This document shows positions 16,264 to 25,375 of a stretch of 64,000 bases of DNA, in pieces. The stretch covers positions 537,984-601,983 of the forward strand of contig CAZXMM010000001.1 in the NCBI GenBank assembly GCA_964641255.1, given 5' to 3'. The stretch is from an uncultured Gammaproteobacteria bacterium. Its GTDB lineage: Bacteria > Patescibacteriota > Microgenomatia > JAMCZE01. A program made the translations under genes and the position numbers. Below the pieces are notes generated by a model that saw only the letters and a list, made by a program, of their open reading frames with translations, had not been told where the DNA came from and made no database searches. Every line of letters starts with the position of its first letter. Position 1 is the first letter of the stretch.

Positions 16264-18069
16264 ATGAACGCAATGAAAGGGACTCAGTTTACTAATACAG
16301 AGATTGCCCGGCTTTTTAGAAAAGTGGCTGCCGCTTACACCATAAGTGGCGAAAATCGCTTCAAAGTTATTGCCTACGATAATGCAGCCACCGCTGTGGA
16401 GCACGCTACTTCGGAATTAAAAGACCTGTGGGAAGAAGGAGAGCTTGAAAGTGTCCCCGGCCTTGGCTCCTCAATCATTGGGCACCTTGACGAACTTTTT
16501 AGAAATGGATCGTCTAAGCATTTTGAGGCGGTTCTAGCAAAAGTCAATCCTGCCGTTTTTCCCCTTCTTGAAGTGCCCGGGATTGGACCCAAAAAAGCCG
16601 GAAAACTGGTCGAAATTCTCCACCTTAGCAGCGCCGCTACCGCGATAGCTGATTTAAAAAAAGCGGCAAAGGACGGTAGAATCGCTGAAATAGAGAGTTT
16701 TGGAGAGAAAAGCGAACAAGATATTCTCGCTAACATCGAGCGTCACTCGAAAGGAGCCATTAAAGAAAAAAGGATGGTGCTTCCCCTTGCTTCCCGAATT
16801 GCTGATGAAATTACAGAGTACATGCAAAAGAAACTGGGAAGTAAAATTGTGAAGATTGATCGTTTGGGCAGTCTGAGGCGCCAGGTCGCCACTATTGGTG
16901 ATTTAGATTTTGCTGTGGCCACCAATCATTTTGAGGACGTCATTGATGCTTTTGTGAGTTTCCCTGGGACTGCCAGTCTGATTGAGCGTGGTCCCACGGG
17001 GGCTTCAATTCTTTTGGGCCTGGGCAGGCAAGCAGATTTGAGAGTGTCAAAGCCAAAAGATTATGGGGCGATGCTGCAGTACTTTACCGGATCTAAATAC
17101 CACAATATTCTTCTTCGCGAATACGCTCTTAAGAAGGGTCTATCTTTAAATGAATACGGGATTAAAAACCTTAAAGTGAAGAATGGACAGCCCAAACCAT
17201 TCGAGACGGAAGAAGAACTCTATAATTTTCTGGGTCTTGATTATATTGCCCCCGAACTTAGGGAGGACAGCGGTGAGCTTGAAGCAGCCAAAAATCATAC
17301 CCTCCCCAAACTTGTAGAGCTTAAAGATATTAAGGGGGATTTACAGGTTCATTCAAGCTTTGATTTGGAAACCAGTCACGATGCGGGAAAGGATTCAATG
17401 CCGGATATTCGGCTAATGGCGAAGAGGCTAGGGTACGACTATGTAGGAATTACCAATCACAACCCCTCTTCAAAACACACGACGGAACAAATAGTGGCGA
17501 AACTTAGGAGCCAAAACGAATATATAGAACACTTAAATAGCTCGACTAAAGGCACTCGAGTAATAGGCTTACTCGAAGTCGATATTTCACCCGATGGGAC
17601 TCTTCCAGTACCCCAAGAGGGTCTTGATTATTTGGACGGCTGCCTGGTGTCGATCCACTCCTCATTTCAAATGGACAAAGAGGCGATGACTAAAAGAGTC
17701 TTACTGGGACTTAGTAACCCGGTAGCAAAGATTCTTGCCCACCCCACAGGCAGGTTGCTAACTGAGCGCGAGGGCTTCGAACTGGATTGGGATAAGGTTT
17801 TCTCTTTCTGTATTGCCAATGACAAAGCGGTTGAAATTAATTGTTATCCCAACCGTTTAGACTTGCCCGATACTTTGGTTCGGGAGGCAGTAAAGCGGGG
17901 AGTGTTACTGTCTTTGGGGACCGACTCTCACGCCGCCGTTGATATGGATAACATGCGGTTTGGAGTGTCAGTAGCCAGACGGGGGTGGGCGGAAGCGAAA
18001 AATATTATTAATTCTTGGGAGTATAATAGACTCATAAAGTGGATGCGAACTAGGAAGGTGGTGAACTAA
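16264..18069 (+). CDS. polX: DNA polymerase X / PHP-domain 3'-5' exonuclease
   Basis: FKVIAY, VPGIGPK, GSLRR...GDLDF, QYFTGSKYHN, PELRE; PHP AHPTGR, EINCYPNRLD, TDSH, ARRGW. Confidence 0.95.
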   Translation: MNAMKGTQFTNTEIARLFRKVAAAYTISGENRFKVIAYDNAATAVEHATSELKDLWEEGELESVPGLGSSIIGHLDELFRNGSSKHFEAVLAKVNPAVFPLLEVPGIGPKKAGKLVEILHLSSAATAIADLKKAAKDGRIAEIESFGEKSEQDILANIERHSKGAIKEKRMVLPLASRIADEITEYMQKKLGSKIVKIDRLGSLRRQVATIGDLDFAVATNHFEDVIDAFVSFPGTASLIERGPTGASILLGLGRQADLRVSKPKDYGAMLQYFTGSKYHNILLREYALKKGLSLNEYGIKNLKVKNGQPKPFETEEELYNFLGLDYIAPELREDSGELEAAKNHTLPKLVELKDIKGDLQVHSSFDLETSHDAGKDSMPDIRLMAKRLGYDYVGITNHNPSSKHTTEQIVAKLRSQNEYIEHLNSSTKGTRVIGLLEVDISPDGTLPVPQEGLDYLDGCLVSIHSSFQMDKEAMTKRVLLGLSNPVAKILAHPTGRLLTEREGFELDWDKVFSFCIANDKAVEINCYPNRLDLPDTLVREAVKRGVLLSLGTDSHAAVDMDNMRFGVSVARRGWAEAKNIINSWEYNRLIKWMRTRKVVN

Positions 18070-18072
18070 TTT

Positions 18073-18633
18073 ATGCCAATGCTATACATTATTCTTGGAG
18101 CTATTGCCCTCATCGTTGTCTTTTTATGGATGACGTACAACTCGCTAGTCACAAAAAAGCTGCGCGTTGATGAGGCTTGGAGTCAAATCGACGTCCAACT
18201 CAAAAGACGCATTGATCTTATCCCCAATTTGGTAGAAGCGGTAAAGGGCTACGCCAAACACGAAAAAAGCGTTTTTGAGCAAGTAACCAAGGCAAGGTCC
18301 GCGCTCATGGGAGCCAAGGACCCGGAGCAAAAAGCCGCCGCTGATAACATGTTAACGGGAGCTTTAAAATCAATCTTTGCGGTTGCTGAAGCTTATCCCC
18401 AGCTGCGGGCTAATGAGAACTTTCAACAGTTACAGGAGCAGTTAACGGACACTGAGGATAAAGTCGCTTACAGTCGTCAGTTCTATAACAACGTAGTCAT
18501 GGACTATAACACGGCGCTGATGGTCTTTCCGACTGTTCTTTTTGCCCCGATGCTCGGGTTTAAGTCCGCGGAGTTCTTTGGCAAGGATTTAAAAGATTCT
18601 GACAAGGAACCAGTCAAGGTGAAATTTGACTAA
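18073..18633 (+). CDS. lemA: LemA family protein
   Basis: [38 protein letters not shown]. Confidence 0.95.
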   Translation: MPMLYIILGAIALIVVFLWMTYNSLVTKKLRVDEAWSQIDVQLKRRIDLIPNLVEAVKGYAKHEKSVFEQVTKARSALMGAKDPEQKAAADNMLTGALKSIFAVAEAYPQLRANENFQQLQEQLTDTEDKVAYSRQFYNNVVMDYNTALMVFPTVLFAPMLGFKSAEFFGKDLKDSDKEPVKVKFD

Positions 18634-18640
18634 GTACCTG

Positions 18641-18706
18641 CCTAGAGTCCAGATAGTGGGCGGTCAGATATAATAGTTTGACGCCCAGGAATCTGGATCT
18701 CTTAGG
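18641..18706. other. Long imperfect intergenic hairpin
   Basis: CCTAGAGTCCAGAT/ATCTGGATCTCTTAGG outer stem; TGGGCGGTCAGA/TTTGACGCCCA inner stem; loop TATAATAG. Confidence 0.7.
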
Positions 18707-18718
18707 TTTTAATTCAAA

Positions 18719-19615
18719 ATGACAATTTATTCTGAAATTGCTAGCAACAAACGCCGCACCTGGTTAGTTATGATCCTCTTTATTGTATTTATCGCCACCA
18801 TTGCCTTTGTTTTTGGCCGGGCGTCAGGCGAGGGTTATGCCTTTGCTGGCATAGCTGTCGTGGTTTCTGGGTTAATCTCGATTTGGAGTTATTTCTTCTC
18901 TGACGGCCTGGTTCTGGGGATTTCTGGAGCCAAACAGATTGCAGAAAATGACAATCCCGAACTATTTCATCTGGTCCAGAATATGACAATAGCGAGCGGT
19001 CTGCCTATGCCCAAGATCTATCTTATTCATGACTCCTCCCCCAACGCCTTTGCTACTGGCAGAGACCCTAAGCACTCTTCAGTAGCGGTGACGACCGGAT
19101 TACTAGAAAAACTGGACCGAGTGGAACTGGAAGGGGTCATAGCTCATGAGATGTCCCACATTCAAAATTATGATATTCGCCTGATGGCGGTAGTGACAAT
19201 CCTCGTCGGCTCAGTGTCTCTGCTGGCCGACTGGTTTGCTAGGAGCCTGTGGTGGGGTGGGGGGGATAGTGATAAGGGAAGTAGCAAGCTTGAGGTGATT
19301 CTTATGATTCTTGGTCTAGTTCTAGCAGTCTTGTCTCCACTTATTGCCACTCTGATCCAACTGGCTATTAGTAGACGCAGGGAATTTCTGGCCGATGCCA
19401 GCGCTGCTTTGATGACGAGGCATCCAGAGGGATTAGCCAGAGCGCTCGAGAAGATTGCTGCCGATCGCCGGGTGCCCCAGTTTGCTAATAATGCCACTGC
19501 CCACCTTTTTATTGTGAACCCTTTTAAAGGGAAAGACCTAGCCTCAAAGCTGAGTGGACTATTTGACACCCACCCTCCCACAGCAGAACGCGTCGCCGCC
19601 CTTAGGTCAATGTAG
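18719..19615 (+). CDS. htpX: Zinc metalloprotease HtpX (M48)
   Basis: PNAFATG, HEMSH, SRRREFLAD, LFDTHPP. Confidence 0.95.
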   Translation: MTIYSEIASNKRRTWLVMILFIVFIATIAFVFGRASGEGYAFAGIAVVVSGLISIWSYFFSDGLVLGISGAKQIAENDNPELFHLVQNMTIASGLPMPKIYLIHDSSPNAFATGRDPKHSSVAVTTGLLEKLDRVELEGVIAHEMSHIQNYDIRLMAVVTILVGSVSLLADWFARSLWWGGGDSDKGSSKLEVILMILGLVLAVLSPLIATLIQLAISRRREFLADASAALMTRHPEGLARALEKIAADRRVPQFANNATAHLFIVNPFKGKDLASKLSGLFDTHPPTAERVAALRSM

Positions 19616-19656
19616 GTTGGGTTTTCTTCGCTATTGTAGTGTTACAATTCAATACA

Positions 19657-20958
19657 ATGACTGTAATCTTTTGCCTGCTAGCTCGCTGTCTCGGCTTTAT
19701 ATTTTGCAACTTAAGACTTGGTACCGGGGTAACTTGGTCGGGAGAGCTGGCTTTAAAGGTACGGCCAAATATTCTTTCCCAGTTAATTCCCACCACCTCC
19801 CCCGTTATTCTCATTGCCGGCACCAACGGTAAAACCACTACCGCCAAGATGGTTAAAACCATTTTGGAGTCAAAATATCAGGTAATCTGTAACGAGACCG
19901 GCGCAAATTTAGTCAACGGGTTAGTGGGGACAATTCTTACTCAGCAGCCACTTTTTTCTAAAAAACAAGCAGCTTATGTATTCGAAATTGACGAATCTAG
20001 TCTTCCCCTGGCTTTAAAAGCTTTTAAACCGACAACACTCGTCCTGCTTAACCTTTTCCGTGATCAACTTGACCGTTATGGTGAGGTCGACACCATTGTA
20101 GCAAAATGGGAACAGGCATTTAGCTCGAGTGATTTGAGTAAGACTAACTTAATTGTCAACGGAGACGACCCGCAATTGGCCTATCTCGGGCAGAAGTATA
20201 GCTCTAAAGTTTTTGGACTAAAAACTTTTGGCCTTAACAATAGTGACTATTATCTCTCTGCCAGTGACCACGCCACTGATTCAATTTTTTGTCCCGCGTG
20301 TGGCCACCGCTTAGTTTTTACCGGTGTTTATTTTTCCCATTTGGGTACTTGGCACTGCTCTTCGTGTAATTTTAAGCAGCCTTCCTTTACTCTGTCGTCT
20401 CTAGATGTACACTCACCACTTGAAGGACTGTATAACCGCTATAACGTCATGGCCGCCCTTTTGGTAGCTGAAGCTACTGGGGTCAAAAAAGTAGTTGCAG
20501 CCGAGCGGCTAGTCGGGTTTAAGCCCGCTTTTGGTAGGCTAGAAGAGCTCAAATATCAAAACAAAAATGTCAAAGTCTTATTATCTAAAAATCCTGCTGG
20601 CTTTACGGTGTCTTTGCGAGCGCTGCTTGAGAGCTCCCAAAGAGGTCCAATTGTGCTTCTCCTTAATGACCACGTGGCTGACGGACGCGACGTCAGTTGG
20701 ATTTGGGATGTAGATTTCGAGCTTCTTAAAGGGTGCAAATTTCCCATTTATGTTAGTGGTACCCGCGCTTATGATTTAGGATTAAGACTCAAATATGCGT
20801 TAGGAGCAACCGGCGACTTTATGATTGATCTAGATTTAAAAAGTACGATTAATAGGGCGGTGGTCAAAGCTAAAACCGAGGAAACCATCTGGGTGCTTGG
20901 AACTTATACAGCGATGCTGGAAGCACGGAAAATTCTCACGGGCAGAAAGATACTCTAG
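19657..20958 (+). CDS. murT: Lipid II isoglutaminyl synthase subunit MurT (Mur ligase + DUF1727)
   Basis: GTNGKTTT, EIDE, NLFRDQLDRYGE, CPAC..CSSC, KNPAG, DGRDVSWIWD, TYTAM. Confidence 0.92.
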   Translation: MTVIFCLLARCLGFIFCNLRLGTGVTWSGELALKVRPNILSQLIPTTSPVILIAGTNGKTTTAKMVKTILESKYQVICNETGANLVNGLVGTILTQQPLFSKKQAAYVFEIDESSLPLALKAFKPTTLVLLNLFRDQLDRYGEVDTIVAKWEQAFSSSDLSKTNLIVNGDDPQLAYLGQKYSSKVFGLKTFGLNNSDYYLSASDHATDSIFCPACGHRLVFTGVYFSHLGTWHCSSCNFKQPSFTLSSLDVHSPLEGLYNRYNVMAALLVAEATGVKKVVAAERLVGFKPAFGRLEELKYQNKNVKVLLSKNPAGFTVSLRALLESSQRGPIVLLLNDHVADGRDVSWIWDVDFELLKGCKFPIYVSGTRAYDLGLRLKYALGATGDFMIDLDLKSTINRAVVKAKTEETIWVLGTYTAMLEARKILTGRKIL

Positions 20959-20965
20959 AAACTCT

Positions 20966-21736
20966 ATGAACTTAGAACTAACTATTGGTTGGCTTTATCC
21001 AGAACTGATGTCGACTTACGGTGACCGGGGCAATATTTTTGTCTTGGAAAAAAGATGTAAGTGGCGCGGCATTAAGGTTGTCGTCCAGCCAATCGATTTT
21101 GGCACCAGCAAGGCCCTACTAACAAGCTGCGATCTTATTATTGGTGGCGGGTCACAAGATAGACAGCAAGAATTAGCAATCGAAGACATGCTCAAAAAGA
21201 AAGAAAGCTTAAAAGCGCTTTTTGACAGGGGAGTCCCGGGACTTTTTGTGTGTGGCTCTCCCCAACTACTGGGGCATTTCTACATGACCGGGGAAGGGAA
21301 AAAACTTCCCGGACTGGGACTCTTTGATATGGAGTCAAGGCATTTTGGCCATGATAAACCCCGGTGTATTGGCAATACCGTGGGCAGGATCACCGACCGG
21401 TTTAGGCTGCCGGGGCTAGAGTATAAAAATACCATTGTCGGGTTTGAAAACCATGGGGGCAGGACTTACCTAGGAAAAGTAGAGCCGTTTGCTAAGGTGC
21501 TAGTCGGTTTTGGCAATAATGGAGAAGATGGCACGGAGGGTGCCATCTATGAAAATGTTATCGCTTGTTACTCTCATGGTCCGTTTCTGCCCAAAAATCC
21601 GCACCTGGCCGACTACCTGATAAGTTGTGCCCTTGAGACCAAGTACAAAAAACCAGTACAATTGAAACCACTGGATGATACGCTCGAGTGGCAAGCCCAT
21701 ACTTTTATGCTAAAAAAATTGGGCGTAAATAGATAG
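20966..21736 (+). CDS. gatD: Lipid II isoglutaminyl synthase glutaminase subunit GatD (CobQ-like)
   Basis: YGDRGN, GGGSQDRQQ, VCGSPQLLG, GFENHGGRT, HGPFLPKNP. Confidence 0.92.
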   Translation: MNLELTIGWLYPELMSTYGDRGNIFVLEKRCKWRGIKVVVQPIDFGTSKALLTSCDLIIGGGSQDRQQELAIEDMLKKKESLKALFDRGVPGLFVCGSPQLLGHFYMTGEGKKLPGLGLFDMESRHFGHDKPRCIGNTVGRITDRFRLPGLEYKNTIVGFENHGGRTYLGKVEPFAKVLVGFGNNGEDGTEGAIYENVIACYSHGPFLPKNPHLADYLISCALETKYKKPVQLKPLDDTLEWQAHTFMLKKLGVNR

Positions 21737-21738
21737 TT

Positions 21739-22032
21739 ATGACTAGTTTAAAACTTAGTACTAAGGAAGTAAAACACGTCGCGACGTTAGCGGCGCTTCC
21801 TTTATCCGAAAAGGAACTACTACAATTTGGCCAAGAACTGTCAGCCACTGTCGACTATGTGTCCCATCTAAACGAACTGGATACTAGCGATATTATTCCC
21901 ACTCCCCAGGTTACTGAGAAGACCAATGAACTGCGAGATGACGTTGTCACCCCTTCACTGCCCCAGGAACTAGCGCTCAAAAATGGCAAAACCCATAACG
22001 GTTACTTTGTCAGCAAGATTTCATGGAGTTAA
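21739..22032 (+). CDS. gatC: Asp/Glu-tRNA amidotransferase subunit C
   Basis: EVKHVA.LA.L, LNELDT, LRDD; precedes gatA. Confidence 0.9.
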   Translation: MTSLKLSTKEVKHVATLAALPLSEKELLQFGQELSATVDYVSHLNELDTSDIIPTPQVTEKTNELRDDVVTPSLPQELALKNGKTHNGYFVSKISWS

Positions 22033-23417
22033 ATACCTTAACTGTCACTGAGGCCCAAAAGGGCTTAGCAAAAAAAAAGTTTTCTTCGTTTGATTTGGTC
22101 AGTGCTTGTTTTGCCCGAATCAGCGAGGTGGATACCAAACTCCACGCTTTTTTAGCTCTAACAAAAGAGGCAGCGCTTAAGCAGGCTAAGGAAGTGACTG
22201 CCACACCGTCAAAAGACCAACCACTACTGGGTATTCCTTTCGCCGTTAAAGACAATTTTAATACCGAGGGGCTAGAGACAACTGCTGCCTCCAATATCCT
22301 TAAGGGATATATTCCTCCTTACGATGCCACGGTAGTAGCTAAGCTAAAAGCAGCCGGGGCAATTATTTTGGGAAAAACCAATCTGGACGCTTTTGCTCAC
22401 GGCTCATCAACTGAGACTAGCGACTTTGGCCCCACTCTTAACCCTTGGAACACCGACTATTTACCTGGGGGATCCTCGGGTGGAGCCGCCGCTGCCATAG
22501 TGAGTGATGAAACTATTGGCTCTATCGGCAGTGAAACCGCCGGCTCAGTGCGCGGCCCCGCCGCTTGGTGTGGGTGTGTGGGCCTAAAGCCCACTTACGG
22601 ACGAGTCAGCCGCTACGGGCTTATTGCCATGGCCTCCTCCACTGATTGCCCGGGTCCACTGGCAAAAAATGTCGCTGATGCCAAATTAGTCCTAGAGCTT
22701 CTTTCTGGTTTTGATCCCCACGATGCCACTTCGAGTCACAAAGAGTTAGATCTGAGTATTTTTAAACCAACTAAGCAGTTAAAGATAGGACTACCAAAGC
22801 AGTATTTTCGTTCAGAATCACAAAGTGGCATTAACGAAGCGGTGCTGGAAGCGGCTAGAGTGTTAGAGACACTGGGAGCCAAACTCGTCGAGGTAGAAAG
22901 CTTTGATCCAACATATGCCGTCTCTGTTTACACCATTTTGCAGCGGTCGGAAGTATCTTCCAATCTAGCCCGCTTTGATGGTATTCGTTTTGGTAAAACC
23001 AGAGACCAGTTTAACGCCGAAAACAAACGGCGCATCATGTTGGGAACCTACACTCTGTCGGCGGGCTACTACGACGCCTACTATAAAAAGGCCCAACAGG
23101 TTAGGACGCTGATTGTACAGGATTTTACCAAGCTGTTTGGTATGGTAGATTTGCTGTTGGCCCCCACTCTTCCGTCTGTGGCTCCGAAAAAGGGTGCTAC
23201 TGAGGGTGAGCCGATGTGGGGGGAACTGGCGGATATTTTAACTGAGCCCAGTAGTATTGCCGGTCTGCCGGGGATAAGTTTACCCTGTGGTTTTATAAAT
23301 GGTTTACCGGTGGGGATGCAACTAATTGGTCCCCAATTTTCTGAGGCTCAAGTCTTAGCTACCGCGGCTGATTTTGAAAAAAATACTGATTGGCATAGAC
23401 AAAAACCTGCTTTGTAA
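22023..23417 (+). CDS. gatA: Asp/Glu-tRNA amidotransferase subunit A
   Basis: AVKDN, PGGSSGG, SETAGSVR, SSNLARFDG, RRIMLGTY. Confidence 0.96.
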   Translation: MELNTLTVTEAQKGLAKKKFSSFDLVSACFARISEVDTKLHAFLALTKEAALKQAKEVTATPSKDQPLLGIPFAVKDNFNTEGLETTAASNILKGYIPPYDATVVAKLKAAGAIILGKTNLDAFAHGSSTETSDFGPTLNPWNTDYLPGGSSGGAAAAIVSDETIGSIGSETAGSVRGPAAWCGCVGLKPTYGRVSRYGLIAMASSTDCPGPLAKNVADAKLVLELLSGFDPHDATSSHKELDLSIFKPTKQLKIGLPKQYFRSESQSGINEAVLEAARVLETLGAKLVEVESFDPTYAVSVYTILQRSEVSSNLARFDGIRFGKTRDQFNAENKRRIMLGTYTLSAGYYDAYYKKAQQVRTLIVQDFTKLFGMVDLLLAPTLPSVAPKKGATEGEPMWGELADILTEPSSIAGLPGISLPCGFINGLPVGMQLIGPQFSEAQVLATAADFEKNTDWHRQKPAL

Positions 23418-23419
23418 TT

Positions 23420-24772
23420 ATGGACAAAAAATACCATCCAGTCATCGGTCTGGAAGTTCATGTCGAACTCGCAACATTATCAAAAATGTTTTGTGGCTGT
23501 CGTGCTGATTACTTTGGCAAAGAGCCCAATACTCAGACTTGTCCGGTGTGTTTAGGACTACCTGGGGCACTGCCAATTCCCAATAAAAAAGCTATTGACT
23601 GGACAATTCGTCTGGGACTGGCGCTTAACTGCAGTGTCAATGAGCACTCCAAATTCGATCGTAAAAACTATTTTTATCCCGATCTGCCTAAGGGCTATCA
23701 GATTAGCCAGTATGACGAGCCGCTCTGCCAAAACGGCTCAATTGTAATTGGCAGCGGTGAAAGCGAAAAAGTAATTCGCATCAGGCGGGTCCATATCGAG
23801 GAGGACACCGGAAAATTGCAGCACGGTGTGCTTGATGAAGAAAAAGTCACCCTCGTGGATTTTAATCGTAGTGGAGTACCTCTGGTGGAAGTCGTTACAG
23901 AGCCGGATTTTAGCTCCATTGAGGAAGTTGACGAGTATGTTAAAAAGCTCCAGCAAATCATTCGTTACTTGAAAATTTCTGGGGCGGATATGGAAAAAGG
24001 GACCATGCGGCTAGAGCCGAGCATTTCCCTGACTACTGATTACAAGTTACCGCTTCCAAATTACCGGGTAGAGCTAAAAAACATTAATTCCTTCCGTTTC
24101 GCGAGGAAAGCGCTGGAGTACGAAGTAAAGCGCCAGACAGAAATACTTGCTAGGGGAGACATTCCTAGCCAGCAAACTCGCGGCTGGAATGAAGCCAAAA
24201 ATGAAACTGTCGCCCAAAGAGATAAAGAAGAAGCCAATGATTACCGTTATTTTCCTGAGCCGGATATTCCCCCACTGAGGATTACTAAGGACCAGGTCAC
24301 TAAAATTCGCTCCGAGCTCCCTGAGCTTCCTACTGCCAAAATTGCCCGTTTTGTCGAGGAGTATGCACTTAGAAATGATATTGCCGTCAACTTGACCGAG
24401 ACCACAGAGCGAGCAGATGCTTTTGAGACACTCGTAAGACGTGCCCGCAAACTAAAAACCCCAGAACTTATTGTGCCATCTGGTCCTACTATAATTGCAA
24501 ATTACTTGATAAATAGGCGAATCGTGATCGCGAATTTGAATCCTGATGAATGTCTCCAGCAAATATCCTTGAGTTTTGCTAAGAGAGCTAATGATGAGGG
24601 TCCGATTATTCAAGAAATCAAGAAAATTTTAGCTGGCAATACAGAAATGGTAGCAAAGTACCAAGCCGGGCAAAAAGGAGTGATTGGTTTTTTGATGAGC
24701 CAGCTGATAGCCAAGTTCCCAACTGTTAATAAGGGCCAATTGATGCAAAAACTTCAGGAAGCATTAGACTAA
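23420..24772 (+). CDS. gatB: Asp/Glu-tRNA amidotransferase subunit B
   Basis: IGLEVHVEL, FDRKNYFYPDLPKGYQISQ, DYRYFPEPD. Confidence 0.97.
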   Translation: MDKKYHPVIGLEVHVELATLSKMFCGCRADYFGKEPNTQTCPVCLGLPGALPIPNKKAIDWTIRLGLALNCSVNEHSKFDRKNYFYPDLPKGYQISQYDEPLCQNGSIVIGSGESEKVIRIRRVHIEEDTGKLQHGVLDEEKVTLVDFNRSGVPLVEVVTEPDFSSIEEVDEYVKKLQQIIRYLKISGADMEKGTMRLEPSISLTTDYKLPLPNYRVELKNINSFRFARKALEYEVKRQTEILARGDIPSQQTRGWNEAKNETVAQRDKEEANDYRYFPEPDIPPLRITKDQVTKIRSELPELPTAKIARFVEEYALRNDIAVNLTETTERADAFETLVRRARKLKTPELIVPSGPTIIANYLINRRIVIANLNPDECLQQISLSFAKRANDEGPIIQEIKKILAGNTEMVAKYQAGQKGVIGFLMSQLIAKFPTVNKGQLMQKLQEALD

Positions 24773-24778
24773 ACTGTT

Positions 24779-25357
24779 ATGGACTCAAGTGATCGTGCTG
24801 ATTTATCTACAGAAAAGCTACTCGGGGAAATTCGTATTCTTTGGGATCGTATCCGCGCCCTGGAAGCGGCTAATTATGCTCTTAAATTTGATCATAAAAC
24901 CAAGGCTCTGCGCGGAGATCTATCTGCTGATGAGATTGCGGGAGTTTATGCCCACGCGACCAAATACCACCTTAGCTTAACTATCATGCTGGTGGACCTT
25001 GACGATTTTAAGCTGGCGCAGGATAGTCGTAGTCATCTTTGGGGTGACGCAGTTTTAGCTGGAACCGTTGCTGATATTCACGCTCATCTGCGCACCTATG
25101 ATCTTATTTTTCGTTACGGAGCTGGTGACGAGTTTTTAATTATGATGACCGGGCTCAGTCTTGAGCTGGCTCACGTTGTTCGAGCTCGACTGGAGCAGGT
25201 GCTGGCACAGCGCACGGTCAGCGCCGATGGTTATAATGGTCAAGTGAGTGCGACGCTTGGTTTAGCTTTTGCCAGCCAGGCTCCATTTGAGGATTTGATA
25301 AAACAGGCGGACCAGGATTTGAAAGAGCGCAAACGGGAGAAAAAGGTGGGCCGATAG
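24779..25357 (+). CDS. GGDEF-domain protein with variant active-site loop
   Basis: DLDDFK, GDAVL, RTYD (RxxD), RYGAGDEF, QAD..L...K. Confidence 0.85.
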   Translation: MDSSDRADLSTEKLLGEIRILWDRIRALEAANYALKFDHKTKALRGDLSADEIAGVYAHATKYHLSLTIMLVDLDDFKLAQDSRSHLWGDAVLAGTVADIHAHLRTYDLIFRYGAGDEFLIMMTGLSLELAHVVRARLEQVLAQRTVSADGYNGQVSATLGLAFASQAPFEDLIKQADQDLKERKREKKVGR

Positions 25358-25375
25358 GGTATAGTGTTTTTGGCT

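Noticed and set aside
13780-16404. ORFs 13780-13971 and 16126-16404
   Set aside because: They overlap tRNA genes and have no protein-like motifs.
18641-18706. Integron attC site
   Set aside because: No RYYYAAC/GTTRRRY core sites at the ends, flanked by conserved operon genes, and no integron integrase in the window.
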